Notes under the pieces: model-generated
The model's database searches: none
What the model saw: the letters and a program-made list of their open reading frames with translations, nothing else
What the model was told of the DNA's origin: nothing
NCBI GenBank assembly: GCA_039630445.1
Contig: JBCNVA010000014.1
Location: 1 to 48,215 of the forward strand
DNA from: Armatimonadota bacterium
GTDB lineage: Bacteria; Armatimonadota; Fimbriimonadia; Fimbriimonadales; GBS-DC
DNA length: 48,215 bases
Direction of reading: 5' to 3'
Part shown: in pieces, positions 17,327-26,787 of the stretch
How positions within the stretch are numbered: the stretch's first letter is position 1
Layout of the letters: every line of letters begins with the position of its first letter
Position numbers and translations under genes: made by a program

Positions 17327-20317
17327 ATGATTACGCTGATGCTAACTCTTGGGATCGCACAGATGGAGCCACCGCCTCCCGCCGATTGGCAGCCGGGTGT
17401 GGGACAGACCTTCACGCGCCGCGAGGTGTTTATCGAGGCGCAGGCGGGCAAGTTGCCGGGCGAGTCGCCCACCTTGACGCGCACCGACCGCGTCGTGCTG
17501 GGCGTGAAGGGCACGGGCAACGATATGAGCTGGTGGCGCAATATGCGCCTGCAACTCCAGCCGAACCGCACCTACGCCGTCGAGTTCTGGCTCAAAGGCA
17601 CGGGCACAGGCGCATGCGCCATTACGGGCACGAACACCGTCAATCGCGACTTCCAGCCACCTCGCGACTGGACCCAAAAACAGTTCATCTTTCGCACGCC
17701 TGCCAACACGCGCGACACCTTCCTGCGCTTCGGGCAGTGGCACTGGAACGGTGAGATTCTCTTTGACCGTATTCGGCTCATCCCTGTGGAGGTGGTGCAT
17801 GCGGCGCTGGGCGAGGGCGAACAGATCCGCAACGGACGCTACCTGTTCACCTCACGCTATGAGCATCTCCTCTCCAACGCGCAAGCGCCCCTGCAACGGT
17901 TCACGGCGTACTTCAACACGAACCGCTGGGTGTTTGAGCGCGATTGGGAGGTGATTTATCGTCATCAGGCGGGCGACTATCCGATGCAGGGGGCAACGCT
18001 GCGGCTGAATGTGCCATTTGAGCAGAATGGTCGCCTGACCGTGCTGGCGCAGCGCGAGGGTGAAAGCGATTGGCGCGTTGTGGGGCAGGTGCAGGGACGC
18101 GGCGAGCATCAACTGCAGCTGCCACGCGAGCTGTTCCCTGCCCGTGCGCTGCTGGTTCGCCTGCTTGGAGAGGGCGAGGGCACAATTCAGGTCTCGTACT
18201 ACGCGCTGGAGGCGACGCTGCAGGGCGCTGAACGCGCCTCCATCACAGGCAGAAGCCTTGTGCTGTTTCCCAGCGGGCAGAGTCACGAACTGCGCCTTAC
18301 TGACCTGCGACTGGAGCAGGATTCACGCGGACGCTGGCAACTGGTCGGCTCTGTGACCAACACGGGTCAGCAGCCGCTGAAGGTGCAGCCCTTTGTAGGC
18401 GAGACGCGCACCGCCACGCTGACGCTTGATCCCGGCAAGCCCACTCCGATTCGCTTCCTGTTACCCCCGCCCGGTTTGGAGGAACTCGCTGTAGAACTGG
18501 GCGTGCGCCACGAGCGCGGCGGTGTGCTTTGGAGCGCCAAGCTCACCCTCCCTGTCAGTATCCTGAACGCTGCGAACTACGGTTATCGCATCGCGGGGAC
18601 GCCCCCTGCGCTCGGTGTCTGGTGGTGCGAATGGGGTTGGAAAGTGGGGCGTGAGCGTCCGTTGCCCAACGCCCTCTCGCGCACCGTCAAACTCAGCGCG
18701 GCACGGGGCGAGTATGAGCCAGTGCAGATTGTGCTGCGCCCCCAGCGTGACACCGTCCTGCAGCGCGTAGAGATCAGCGATCTGACCAGCGGCAAGCACC
18801 GCCTGCCCGCGAAGCACCTCACCCTGCGCGAGGTCGCCTATGTGTTCGTGGAGCATCCGACCGACTGGCTGGGCGAACCGGGCGAATATCCTGATCCGCT
18901 GCCACCGCTCCAGACTCCTTTGCACCTGCAGGCAGGGCGCAATCAACCCCTCTGGCTCACTGTCTATGTGCCTTACGGCACGCCCGCAGGCGATTACAAG
19001 GGCACGATTCGGCTCGTCACCGATAAAGGCATCGCCACTGTGCCGCTAACGCTTACCGTCTATGACTTTGACCTGCCACACATACCCACCCTACGCAGCG
19101 GTTTCGGCATCGACGCCTACCGCATCGAGCAGTATCACAAGGTGCAAACGGAGGAGCAGAAGCGTGAGCTATGGGATCGGTATATGCGCAACTTCAAGGA
19201 GCATCGCCTCGCGCCCTACAACTTCTACGCCTATGACCCCTACGAAGTGCGCTTTGAGGGCGAGGGGACGGAGAAGCGTGTCGTGTTGGATTTCACGCGC
19301 TTCGACCGCGCCGCCCGACGCTATCTGGATGAGATCGGTTTCAACGCCTTCGTGCTACCCATTCACGGCTTGCCCTGGGGACGCTATCCCAACTATTCAC
19401 CGGGCGAGTTTGGCGGCTTTCGGGAGGGTACGCCCGAATATGAACGGCTCTGGAGCGAGTATATGCGCCAGCTGACGGCGCATCTGCGCGAACGCGGCTG
19501 GCTGAAAAAGGCGTATGTCTACTGGTTCGATGAACCCGAGGAAGCCGATTACCCCTTCGTGCGGCGCGTGAATGAGCGGTTGAAGCAGGTCGCGCCCGAC
19601 CTGACCCGCATGCTGACTGAGCAGCCAGAGGAGCCACTGATTGGCGCGGTGGATCTCTGGTGTCCGCTGACGGCGTTCGTGCCGCCCGAATCGATCAAGG
19701 CACGCCGACAAGCAGGGGAGGAGGTCTGGTGGTATGTCTGCACGGGTCCCCGCGCTCCCTATGTGACGCTTTTTATCGACCATCCGGGCACGGAGATGCG
19801 CGTGTGGCTCTGGCAGACTTGGCAGTATGGTGTACAAGGCATCCTCATCTGGCAGACCACCTGGTGGCACAATGAGTTCGCCTATCCCGACCGCCTGCAG
19901 GATCCCTGGCAAGACCCGATGAGCTATGTGTGGGACGCGAATTTTAAGCCCGGGACGCGCCAGTTCTGGGGGAATGGTGATGGGCGATTGCTGTATCCAC
20001 CGCGCCGCGACCCGAATACCGCCACGGAGCCGATTGTTGATGATCCTATCCCCTCCATCCGCTGGGAGTGTCTGCGCGACGGCGCGGAGGACTACGAGTA
20101 TTTTGTGCTGCTGCAGCGGTTGTGTGAGCCATCTCGTCAAGCCCCCTCAAAAAGGGTGAGCCGATTGGCAGAGCAGGCGCGCGCATTGCTGCAGGTTCCG
20201 CCTGAGGTCTCTAAAAGCATGACGGAGTTCACGCGCGATCCGCGTCCGCTGCTACAACACCGCGATCGAATTGCCCGCATGATTGAGCGCATGCGCCGAG
20301 CCAACCGATCCCAGTGA
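17327..20317 (+). CDS. Large secreted putative glycoside hydrolase (DUF4091 / GH123-like) with N-terminal carbohydrate-binding-like domain
   Basis: AARGEYEP.QIVL, NQPLWLTV.VP..T.AG.Y.G, YWFDEP, WWYVC, G.L.W, GDGRLLYP, SIRWE.LRDG.EDYEY. Confidence 0.8.
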   Translation: MITLMLTLGIAQMEPPPPADWQPGVGQTFTRREVFIEAQAGKLPGESPTLTRTDRVVLGVKGTGNDMSWWRNMRLQLQPNRTYAVEFWLKGTGTGACAITGTNTVNRDFQPPRDWTQKQFIFRTPANTRDTFLRFGQWHWNGEILFDRIRLIPVEVVHAALGEGEQIRNGRYLFTSRYEHLLSNAQAPLQRFTAYFNTNRWVFERDWEVIYRHQAGDYPMQGATLRLNVPFEQNGRLTVLAQREGESDWRVVGQVQGRGEHQLQLPRELFPARALLVRLLGEGEGTIQVSYYALEATLQGAERASITGRSLVLFPSGQSHELRLTDLRLEQDSRGRWQLVGSVTNTGQQPLKVQPFVGETRTATLTLDPGKPTPIRFLLPPPGLEELAVELGVRHERGGVLWSAKLTLPVSILNAANYGYRIAGTPPALGVWWCEWGWKVGRERPLPNALSRTVKLSAARGEYEPVQIVLRPQRDTVLQRVEISDLTSGKHRLPAKHLTLREVAYVFVEHPTDWLGEPGEYPDPLPPLQTPLHLQAGRNQPLWLTVYVPYGTPAGDYKGTIRLVTDKGIATVPLTLTVYDFDLPHIPTLRSGFGIDAYRIEQYHKVQTEEQKRELWDRYMRNFKEHRLAPYNFYAYDPYEVRFEGEGTEKRVVLDFTRFDRAARRYLDEIGFNAFVLPIHGLPWGRYPNYSPGEFGGFREGTPEYERLWSEYMRQLTAHLRERGWLKKAYVYWFDEPEEADYPFVRRVNERLKQVAPDLTRMLTEQPEEPLIGAVDLWCPLTAFVPPESIKARRQAGEEVWWYVCTGPRAPYVTLFIDHPGTEMRVWLWQTWQYGVQGILIWQTTWWHNEFAYPDRLQDPWQDPMSYVWDANFKPGTRQFWGNGDGRLLYPPRRDPNTATEPIVDDPIPSIRWECLRDGAEDYEYFVLLQRLCEPSRQAPSKRVSRLAEQARALLQVPPEVSKSMTEFTRDPRPLLQHRDRIARMIERMRRANRSQ

Positions 20318-20499
20318 GGGTGTTTGGAAATGATAACCCAGGTTGCCACCCATCTGAGATTCCTCGCCTACGGCTCGGAATGACAGGTTCGTTTTTACAA
20401 GGTTGGTGTCGTCATTCCGCATGAAGCGTTGTCATTCCGAGCGGAGCGAGGAATCTCACTTGCTCAAAAGCGACTCTCAAAGGTTTTTTTGACAGCCTC
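20316..20499. mobile_element. MITE-like element containing an inverted pair of TGTCATTCCGAGC..GCGAGGAATCTC palindromes
   Basis: Ends GAGGGTGTTTGGAAA and (reverse complement) GAGGCTGTCAAAAAA; internal inverted copies at 20356-20385 and 20430-20457. Confidence 0.6.
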
Positions 20500-20508
20500 C
20501 CTACCCCC

Positions 20509-20548
20509 TTGACAGGGTAGACAAATGGTGATGTACAATATTCTACAT
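20509..20548 (+). promoter_or_regulatory. lexA promoter with overlapping palindrome (candidate operator)
   Basis: TTGACA-N19-TACAAT; ATGTACAATATTCTACAT at 20531-20548. Confidence 0.6.
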
Positions 20549-20598
20549 GATGGGAGCCACCGCTCCACCTGCTGTTCGTATCTGAGCGGAGCAAGCAC

Positions 20599-20645
20599 CT
20601 CCTCGCTCATACCCTCTCCCCCTGCGGGAGAGGGGTGAGCAGGAG
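20599..20645. repeat. Long hairpin (CCCTCTCCC/GGGAGAGGG type) in the lexA 5' UTR
   Basis: CTCCT-C-GCTCA-TA-CCCTCTCCC-CCTGC-GGGAGAGGG-G-TGAGC-AGGAG. Confidence 0.65.
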
Positions 20646-20683
20646 ACGAGAGCTAAAAAGAGGTTTACAGAGGTGAAAAAGCG

Positions 20684-21319
20684 ATGGCGAAGGGTTTAAC
20701 GAAGCAGCAGAAGGCGATTTTGCAGTTCATCGTGCGCTTCACGCGCGAACATGGCTATCCGCCGACCCTGCGCGAGATTCAGCAGGGCATCGGCACGGTC
20801 AGAAGTCTGTGTGGGGTTGCCCTCCATCTGGATGCGCTGCAGCGCAAGGGCTACATCGAGCGCGGGAACCAGGCACGCTCCATCCGCATCATTCACCCCG
20901 ACTATCAGCCCAACCGTGAGCGCGTGGCGTATCTGCCCTTGCTCGGTACGATTGCTGCCGGCACGCCCATCCTCGCGGAGCAGAATATTGAAGATTTAAT
21001 CCCCGTGCCTGCCGATATGGTGCGCAATGTGGAGAACGCCTTCCTGCTGAGGGTCAAGGGCGACAGTATGGTGGGCGAGCATATCCTGCCGCGCGACTTG
21101 GTCATCATCAAGCCGCAGCAGACCGCTTATAACGGCGAGCTGGTGGCGGTACTGATTGGGGAGGAGGCGACCATCAAGCGCGTCTACTATGAGCGCAAAT
21201 GGGTGCGCCTCGAATCGGCAAACCCTGCCTATGAGCCGATTCGTGTGCCCGCGGAAGAGGCGCGCATCATCGGGAAGGTGATTGGACTAATACGCGACTA
21301 TGGGCAGATGAGCATGTAA
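20684..21319 (+). CDS. lexA: SOS repressor LexA
   Basis: LT..Q..IL..I......GYPPT.REI, HL.AL..KGYI, Ala-Gly cleavage site IAAG.P, GDSM Ser, EATIK Lys. Confidence 0.95.
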   Translation: MAKGLTKQQKAILQFIVRFTREHGYPPTLREIQQGIGTVRSLCGVALHLDALQRKGYIERGNQARSIRIIHPDYQPNRERVAYLPLLGTIAAGTPILAEQNIEDLIPVPADMVRNVENAFLLRVKGDSMVGEHILPRDLVIIKPQQTAYNGELVAVLIGEEATIKRVYYERKWVRLESANPAYEPIRVPAEEARIIGKVIGLIRDYGQMSM

Positions 21320-21350
21320 TACCGATCGGGTTTTCAAATGTCCATAAGCT

Positions 21351-21450
21351 TGGTCGACTCAGGTCGTGCCCAGACGAGCGAAGCCAGCCTTCGCTGGCTA
21401 AAAACCCCGCCTGCGCGGGGTTTCGTTTGTCTACGGGCGAGTTTACTCGC
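21351..21450. repeat. Inverted pair of imperfect palindromic repeats (REPIN-like) downstream of lexA
   Basis: Left arm reverse complement GGCTTCGCTCGTCTGGGCACGACCTGAGTCG resembles right arm GGTTTCGTTTGTCTACGGGCGAGTTTACTCG; internal hairpins AGCCAGC/GCTGGCT and AAACCCCGC/GCGGGGTTT. Confidence 0.6.
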
Positions 21451-21515
21451 TTTGAGAGTCACGGCATTCGAAACGCCAATCGGTATAAGGCTTAGCCATG
21501 CTATTTGGGAAGTAC

Positions 21516-21541
21516 GAACATTTTGTTTCGTTCAGCGTCTA
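21516..21541 (+). promoter_or_regulatory. Candidate ECF sigma promoter
   Basis: GAAC-N16-CGTCTA upstream of the MacA/MacB-like genes. Confidence 0.4.
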
Positions 21542-21627
21542 TTCCTGTCAAGGTACCGGTGTTCGGGTAAACTTTGCAGCAGGAGGCGTGCCGACGCGCA
21601 GGCGGTTTCGGCACGGCAGGGACAGGT

Positions 21628-23373
21628 ATGAAAAGGCGCGTTTTGATCGGGATCGGGATTATCCTTCTGCTGGTGGCAGCCGTTTGGTGGTGGCGCGGGC
21701 GTGGGCAGCCTTCACAAGCCAATCAGCCGATTTATCGTTCTGCAGAAGTGATTCGCACGACGGTTGTGCGCTCCATCACCGCGACGGGCGTGTTGCGCAC
21801 CTACAACATCGTGGATGTCAAATCCAAAGCGGGCGGCATCGTCAGCAAGCTCTATGTGGATGTGGGTGATGTGGTCAAAAAGGGGCAGCTGCTGGCACGC
21901 ATCGATCCCGCCGACACCCTTGCGGCTTACAATCAGGCGAAAGCCGACTTAGAGGCGGCGAATGCCCGCATCGAGCAGGCGCAGGAGAGCCTGCGCCTAC
22001 AGAGGGAGCAAAGCTTGTTAGCGTTGCAGCAGGCGGAGGCGAACCTGCGCGCCGCCAAAGCACGCCTCCAACAGGCAGAGGAACGCGCCCGAGCGCAGCC
22101 TGCTCTTACTGAAGCCCAACTCCAAGCAGCACGCACGAATCTCGAAACGGCACGCAAAGCCTTAGAGCAGCTGGAGCAAGTGACCATTCCGCAAGAGCGA
22201 GCGCAGGCACAAGCGAACTACGAGGCAGCACGCAAAGCCCTCGAAGCGGCTCAACGCCAATACGATCGCCTGCGCGAGCTGCTGCAAAAAGGCTATGTGT
22301 CACAGCAACAGGTGGATAACGCCCTTAGCCAGCTGGAGAGTGCCCGCAGCCAGTTCGTCGCGGCGGAGAAACGCCTGCAGACGCTGGAACAGGACATCCA
22401 AACCCGCCTGGCAACGGCTCGCGCACGGGTGCAGGAAGCCGAAGCGAACCTCCGCTCGGCAGAAGCCAACCGCAATCAGGTGGAACTCGCACGGCAGGCG
22501 CTAGAGGAAGCCCGCGCTCAGTATAAGCAGGCGGAGACCGCCTTAGAACAGGCGCGGTCGAACCTGCGCCAGATCCGCCTGCGCGAGGCGGATATTGCCG
22601 CTGCGAAAGCCCAACGCGCTCGCGCCGAGGCACAACTCTACAACGCCCAAGTGCAACTGGACAGCACCACCATCACCGCGCCGCGCGACGGCGTGGTCAT
22701 TGCCCGCTATGTGGAGGAGGGCACGATTGTCCCACCCGGTGCCTCCCTCTTTTCACAAGGCACAACCCTGCTCCAGATTGCCGACACCTCCCGCATGTAC
22801 GTGGAGGTCTCGGTCGACGAAGCCGATATTGGGCTGGTGCGCGTTGGGCAACCGGTGCTGATCCGCGTCGATGCCTTTCCCGACGAGCCGTTTCGAGGGA
22901 GGGTCAGCCGAATCGATCCGCAGGCGGTGCTGGAGCAGAATGTAACAGTCGTGAAGGTGCGCGTGGAGGTGCTGAAACCCGACGCGCGGCTCAAACCCGG
23001 CTTGAACGCTACCTGCGAGTTCCTCGCGGCGCGTAAACCGAATGTGCTGGCGGTGCCAAGCGAGGCGGTGCAGGAATCGCCCGAAGGCAACTATGTGGAG
23101 GTGCTGGTGCAGGGGCGTCCGCAACGCCGCGCCGTCAAGGTCGGGCTTCAGGGCAACGAGCTAACCGAGATTGTCGAGGGGCTGCGTGAGGGCGAAACGG
23201 TGGTCGCAGGGCGAATCTTTCCCCAGTTGGATCAGCAGGGTCCTGGCTCGCCGTTCGGTAGCCCCTTCGGACCGCGCCGCTGGCAGCAACCACGCTCAGG
23301 TAGCGGGAGTGGCACCGCGGGTGGCATGCAGCGGTCTGGGCAACCCGGTGGCGGTTCCCCTACAGGCAGGTGA
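21628..23373 (+). CDS. Efflux periplasmic adaptor subunit (MacA-like) with long coiled coil
   Basis: N-terminal TM, V.SK.GG.V.KLYV.VGD.VKKGQLLA, TITAP.DGVV, VDEADIG.V..GQ, LKPG, VLAVP. Confidence 0.9.
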   Translation: MKRRVLIGIGIILLLVAAVWWWRGRGQPSQANQPIYRSAEVIRTTVVRSITATGVLRTYNIVDVKSKAGGIVSKLYVDVGDVVKKGQLLARIDPADTLAAYNQAKADLEAANARIEQAQESLRLQREQSLLALQQAEANLRAAKARLQQAEERARAQPALTEAQLQAARTNLETARKALEQLEQVTIPQERAQAQANYEAARKALEAAQRQYDRLRELLQKGYVSQQQVDNALSQLESARSQFVAAEKRLQTLEQDIQTRLATARARVQEAEANLRSAEANRNQVELARQALEEARAQYKQAETALEQARSNLRQIRLREADIAAAKAQRARAEAQLYNAQVQLDSTTITAPRDGVVIARYVEEGTIVPPGASLFSQGTTLLQIADTSRMYVEVSVDEADIGLVRVGQPVLIRVDAFPDEPFRGRVSRIDPQAVLEQNVTVVKVRVEVLKPDARLKPGLNATCEFLAARKPNVLAVPSEAVQESPEGNYVEVLVQGRPQRRAVKVGLQGNELTEIVEGLREGETVVAGRIFPQLDQQGPGSPFGSPFGPRRWQQPRSGSGSGTAGGMQRSGQPGGGSPTGR

Positions 23374-23380
23374 GCAAACG

Positions 23381-24601
23381 ATGAGCCTTCTTGAGAGCCT
23401 TATCTCGGCATTAGAGAGCCTGCGTGCGAACAAAATGCGCACGCTGCTCACGATGCTGGGCGTGATTATCGGTGTGGCTGCTGTTATCGCGATGATCGGC
23501 ATCGCGCAGGGCGCACGCGCCTACACGCTCGAACAGATTCAGAAGCTGGGCGCGAATGTGCTGACCGTGCGGGCGGGTCAAGCGCGGCGCGGCGGCGCAT
23601 TTCTTGGCTTCGGCAGCGTGCAGACCATGAAGCCTTCCGATGCCGACGCCATCCTCAAAAGCTGTGGTGGATTGGTCATACGCGCCTCGCCCGAAACCTC
23701 CTCCGCCTTTCAGGTCAAATATCTCAACCGCAACATGCGCACCAGCGTCACGGGCGCACTGCCCGAATATGCCATCATCCGCAACCTGACCCTTGCCGAA
23801 GGGCGATACTACAACGAGTCGGAGGAGCGTGCGAAAGCCCGCGTCGCCGTGATTGGGCACACTGTGTGGGAGGAACTGTTCCAGGGCGGTGCGTGCATCG
23901 GCAAGACGATTCGCATCAACGGGCAGGCGTTTCGGGTGATTGGACGGCTCGCTTACAAGGGCGACACGGGTTTTCGCAACTTCGATGACCGCATCTATGT
24001 GCCGCTTTCGACCGCCATGCGCTGCCTGATGGGGGTGGAGCATGTGGACGGTCTCAGTGTGCAGGCTGCGGCGGGCGGTGCGGTGATGCAGCAAGCGCAG
24101 CAGTGCGTAGAGGAGACGCTGATGCGCACCCATCGCATCCCGCCGTGGGGCGATCCCGACTTCCGCGTGTTCAATCAGGGCGAGTTCGTGGAGACAGTGG
24201 AGCAGACGGCACGCACCTTCACCTTCCTGCTGGCGGGCGTTGCGCTGGTGTCGCTGATCGTGGGCGGTATTGGGATTATGAACATCATGCTGGTCTCCGT
24301 GACAGAGCGCACGCGCGAGATCGGGCTGCGCAAGGCGGTCGGCGCGACCCGCATGAACATCCTGACCCAATTCTTGATCGAGTCGGTGGTCATCAGCGTG
24401 GTAGGTGGGCTGATTGGCATCGGACTGGGCTACGGCGCGGCAAGCTACATCAGCCAGCAGGCGAATTGGAAAGTGTTGGTGCCCGTTGAAGGGGTGATGT
24501 TAGCTTTCGGCTTCGCGGCGCTGGTGGGCATCTTTTTCGGGTTATATCCTGCGTGGCGAGCCGCCCAGCTCCAGCCGATCGAAGCCTTGCGTTATGAGTA
24601 G
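23381..24601 (+). CDS. MacB/FtsX-type ABC transporter permease
   Basis: NKMRTLLTMLGVIIGVAAVI, GGIGIMNIMLVSVTERTREIGLRKAVGA, FGLYPA.RAA.L.PIEALRYE. Confidence 0.93.
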   Translation: MSLLESLISALESLRANKMRTLLTMLGVIIGVAAVIAMIGIAQGARAYTLEQIQKLGANVLTVRAGQARRGGAFLGFGSVQTMKPSDADAILKSCGGLVIRASPETSSAFQVKYLNRNMRTSVTGALPEYAIIRNLTLAEGRYYNESEERAKARVAVIGHTVWEELFQGGACIGKTIRINGQAFRVIGRLAYKGDTGFRNFDDRIYVPLSTAMRCLMGVEHVDGLSVQAAAGGAVMQQAQQCVEETLMRTHRIPPWGDPDFRVFNQGEFVETVEQTARTFTFLLAGVALVSLIVGGIGIMNIMLVSVTERTREIGLRKAVGATRMNILTQFLIESVVISVVGGLIGIGLGYGAASYISQQANWKVLVPVEGVMLAFGFAALVGIFFGLYPAWRAAQLQPIEALRYE

Positions 24602-24604
24602 AGC

Positions 24605-25180
24605 ATGACGCGATCGGAGTTCCTGTTTCAGGGCGAGCGAATCGTGCTGCAGGCGACACGCGAGGGCAGCGGCTGGCGGGTCGTTCTGCCCGACGGCTCC
24701 GAACATTTCGTGCAGAGCGTTCAGGCACACGAGAACGGCTTGCTGGTGCTGCACATGCCTGCAGGCGTGCGACGACTCCATGTTCACCAAGAGGGCGACG
24801 AAATCGCGCTGAGCTATCAGGGGCATGTCTACCGCTTTCGTCGTGCGATAGGCAGGCGTGGGGCGACGCACCACTCGACCGCCGAGGGCATGCTCACCGC
24901 GCCGATGCCCGGCTTGATCCGCAAGGTGCTGGTGCAAGTGGGTGAGCGGGTGGAAGCAGGGCAACCGCTTGTGGTGCTGGAGGCGATGAAAACAGAGCAG
25001 ACGCTGCGTGCCCCCTATGCGGGTATGGTGCAAGCCCTCCGCTGCCGCGAGGGCGAGGTCGTGCAGGAGGGCGTTATCCTCGTCGAAATCGTTGAGGCAG
25101 CGGCTCTACAGCATACTGCGCACCCGATTGCGCCATGCGACGAGATCGCTCACGCTCCCGAAAGTGAGCCAGGGGGTTAG
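24605..25180 (+). CDS. Biotin carboxyl carrier protein of an acyl-CoA carboxylase
   Basis: APMPG, G..VEAGQPL.VLEAMK biotinylation motif, APYAG.V. Confidence 0.88.
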   Translation: MTRSEFLFQGERIVLQATREGSGWRVVLPDGSEHFVQSVQAHENGLLVLHMPAGVRRLHVHQEGDEIALSYQGHVYRFRRAIGRRGATHHSTAEGMLTAPMPGLIRKVLVQVGERVEAGQPLVVLEAMKTEQTLRAPYAGMVQALRCREGEVVQEGVILVEIVEAAALQHTAHPIAPCDEIAHAPESEPGG

Positions 25181-26743
25181 CACCCGCCGCCACGCATCCA
25201 GCTCCATGTAGACCCATGCCGCGGCCGGGGGCCATTCATAGCTCATCTCGTAGTTGTGATGATAGATAATCGCGCCACCGCGCAGCCATCTCAGCAAGCC
25301 ATCCCGCACAAGGCGCAACGCCAGCACCCGGGCAAACAAGATATCGGCGCTCTCACCCGGCACGCCGAATCCGTCCGCCAGGGCAATCGTGACACGATCA
25401 GCTGGCTGTGTCCCATAGCTGATATTATTGCTGAACAGGGGATCATGCGTATCAAACAGCTCGATGCCATAGCGCCGCTCAAGCGGGTGGCGCAGGAAGG
25501 GGGTGGGCGCCATAATCCGCACGCCCGGCGCGCCGATACAGGAGCCTGTGCTGCTCCGAACCGCGCGCACAGGGGTCTCCTCACGCAAAAAGCGCAAATA
25601 GCGGTCGGTAAACTGATTGTTCGCAAAGTTGAGATAACGATGACGGTTGCACCAGCTGGTGGCAAAGCCCATCTGACGCATCTCGTCCAGTGTCCCGCGC
25701 CAGTGCGCTCGAAAAGCCGCTGGCGAGTTGAACTCCCGAAAAGTCCCGTACGGATTCGTCCATGTGGTGGCATTTGCATATCCAACGGTACTTTCCACCT
25801 GCCAGAAGTGGTCATGCCAGCAGCAGGGGAAGCAGCCATCCTGCTCCTCCAGCAGAATCTGGTGAATCTGAGCGAGCTGGCTGTTCATGCTTCTGGCGTT
25901 CCGATGGAGATAGGTGCTGGTGCTGCCGAGATTGCTGAGCGCACTCGTGGTGCAACCGCACTGCACAACCAACCCCGTATTGTGGCAGAAGGTGCGGAGC
26001 CACCGCACCATCTGCAGGTAGATATCATAATTCCAGCCCGGTGCATTCGGCGCACCATGGTTGCAGATGTGGTCGATGTCCATGCTGAGCGGGCGGCTCC
26101 ACGCCGGATCCGCCTCCTCATTCACCATAATCCACGGCACCAGCCATGGGGAAGTGGTGATGGAGCCGAGGGTTGGTAAAAAGTAGCGGTTGTGCCAGCG
26201 CGCGATGTACACATGGGTCGCCTGCGGATGCAGCTCGGGATCGGGACGCAGCAGCACCTGCAAATGCGGATTGCTCTCATCCACACGCAATCCGTGGTAG
26301 ACCCCGCTTATCCACGCGACAAACGATTCGACATGCACCCGTGTCCCGCTTTGGGTCCAGATTGCGCGTCGCCCAGTGAACTTGGGATCCGTGGGTGAGC
26401 CGTCAAGTGGCACAGCGCCCAGCACGCCTGTTGCAGGCGTGCCCGCTGTATTCTGTGGGATACGATACCCCACCAGATAGAGCGGTTTATCGCCCGGTGA
26501 GTAGTTCACCCACGCAAAGATGTCCAGCCCGGAGGTGTAGTCGGACAGGTAGGGCACGATGCCGATGTCATACTGGGTGTTGAACTGGCTCTTGCTCACA
26601 TCGCCCGCGACGATAATATCTGCCTCCTGTCCCCACAGGCGCAGAATGCTTTTCCACATCCGTGCAATTCGATCATTTAACACGAACGCACCGTGCGCCC
26701 GATTGCGCGTCGGTATAATGAGAGCCACTCGCTTGCGTGCCAT
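25106..26743 (-). CDS. Hypothetical protein, possibly a divergent polysaccharide-deacetylase (NodB/CE4-like) fold
   Basis: 545-aa ORF, TATAAT and AGGAG just upstream; motifs MDIDH, WHDH, IIYHH. Confidence 0.7.
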   Translation of the reverse strand: MARKRVALIIPTRNRAHGAFVLNDRIARMWKSILRLWGQEADIIVAGDVSKSQFNTQYDIGIVPYLSDYTSGLDIFAWVNYSPGDKPLYLVGYRIPQNTAGTPATGVLGAVPLDGSPTDPKFTGRRAIWTQSGTRVHVESFVAWISGVYHGLRVDESNPHLQVLLRPDPELHPQATHVYIARWHNRYFLPTLGSITTSPWLVPWIMVNEEADPAWSRPLSMDIDHICNHGAPNAPGWNYDIYLQMVRWLRTFCHNTGLVVQCGCTTSALSNLGSTSTYLHRNARSMNSQLAQIHQILLEEQDGCFPCCWHDHFWQVESTVGYANATTWTNPYGTFREFNSPAAFRAHWRGTLDEMRQMGFATSWCNRHRYLNFANNQFTDRYLRFLREETPVRAVRSSTGSCIGAPGVRIMAPTPFLRHPLERRYGIELFDTHDPLFSNNISYGTQPADRVTIALADGFGVPGESADILFARVLALRLVRDGLLRWLRGGAIIYHHNYEMSYEWPPAAAWVYMELDAWRRVLTPWLTFGSVSDLVAWRNRVRSML

Positions 26744-26787
26744 TGCACTCCTATTATAGCACAGGTGGGCTGGCAGGAGAGACGCGA

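Noticed and set aside
17005-17754. 249-aa ORF spanning the intergenic region
   Set aside because: No recognisable motifs; it overlaps a promoter and the DUF4091 gene out of frame.
21515-21530. Gram-positive-type LexA box (CGAACATTTTGTTTCG)
   Set aside because: Spacing and right half do not fit GAAC-N4-GTTC; the ECF promoter reading fits better.
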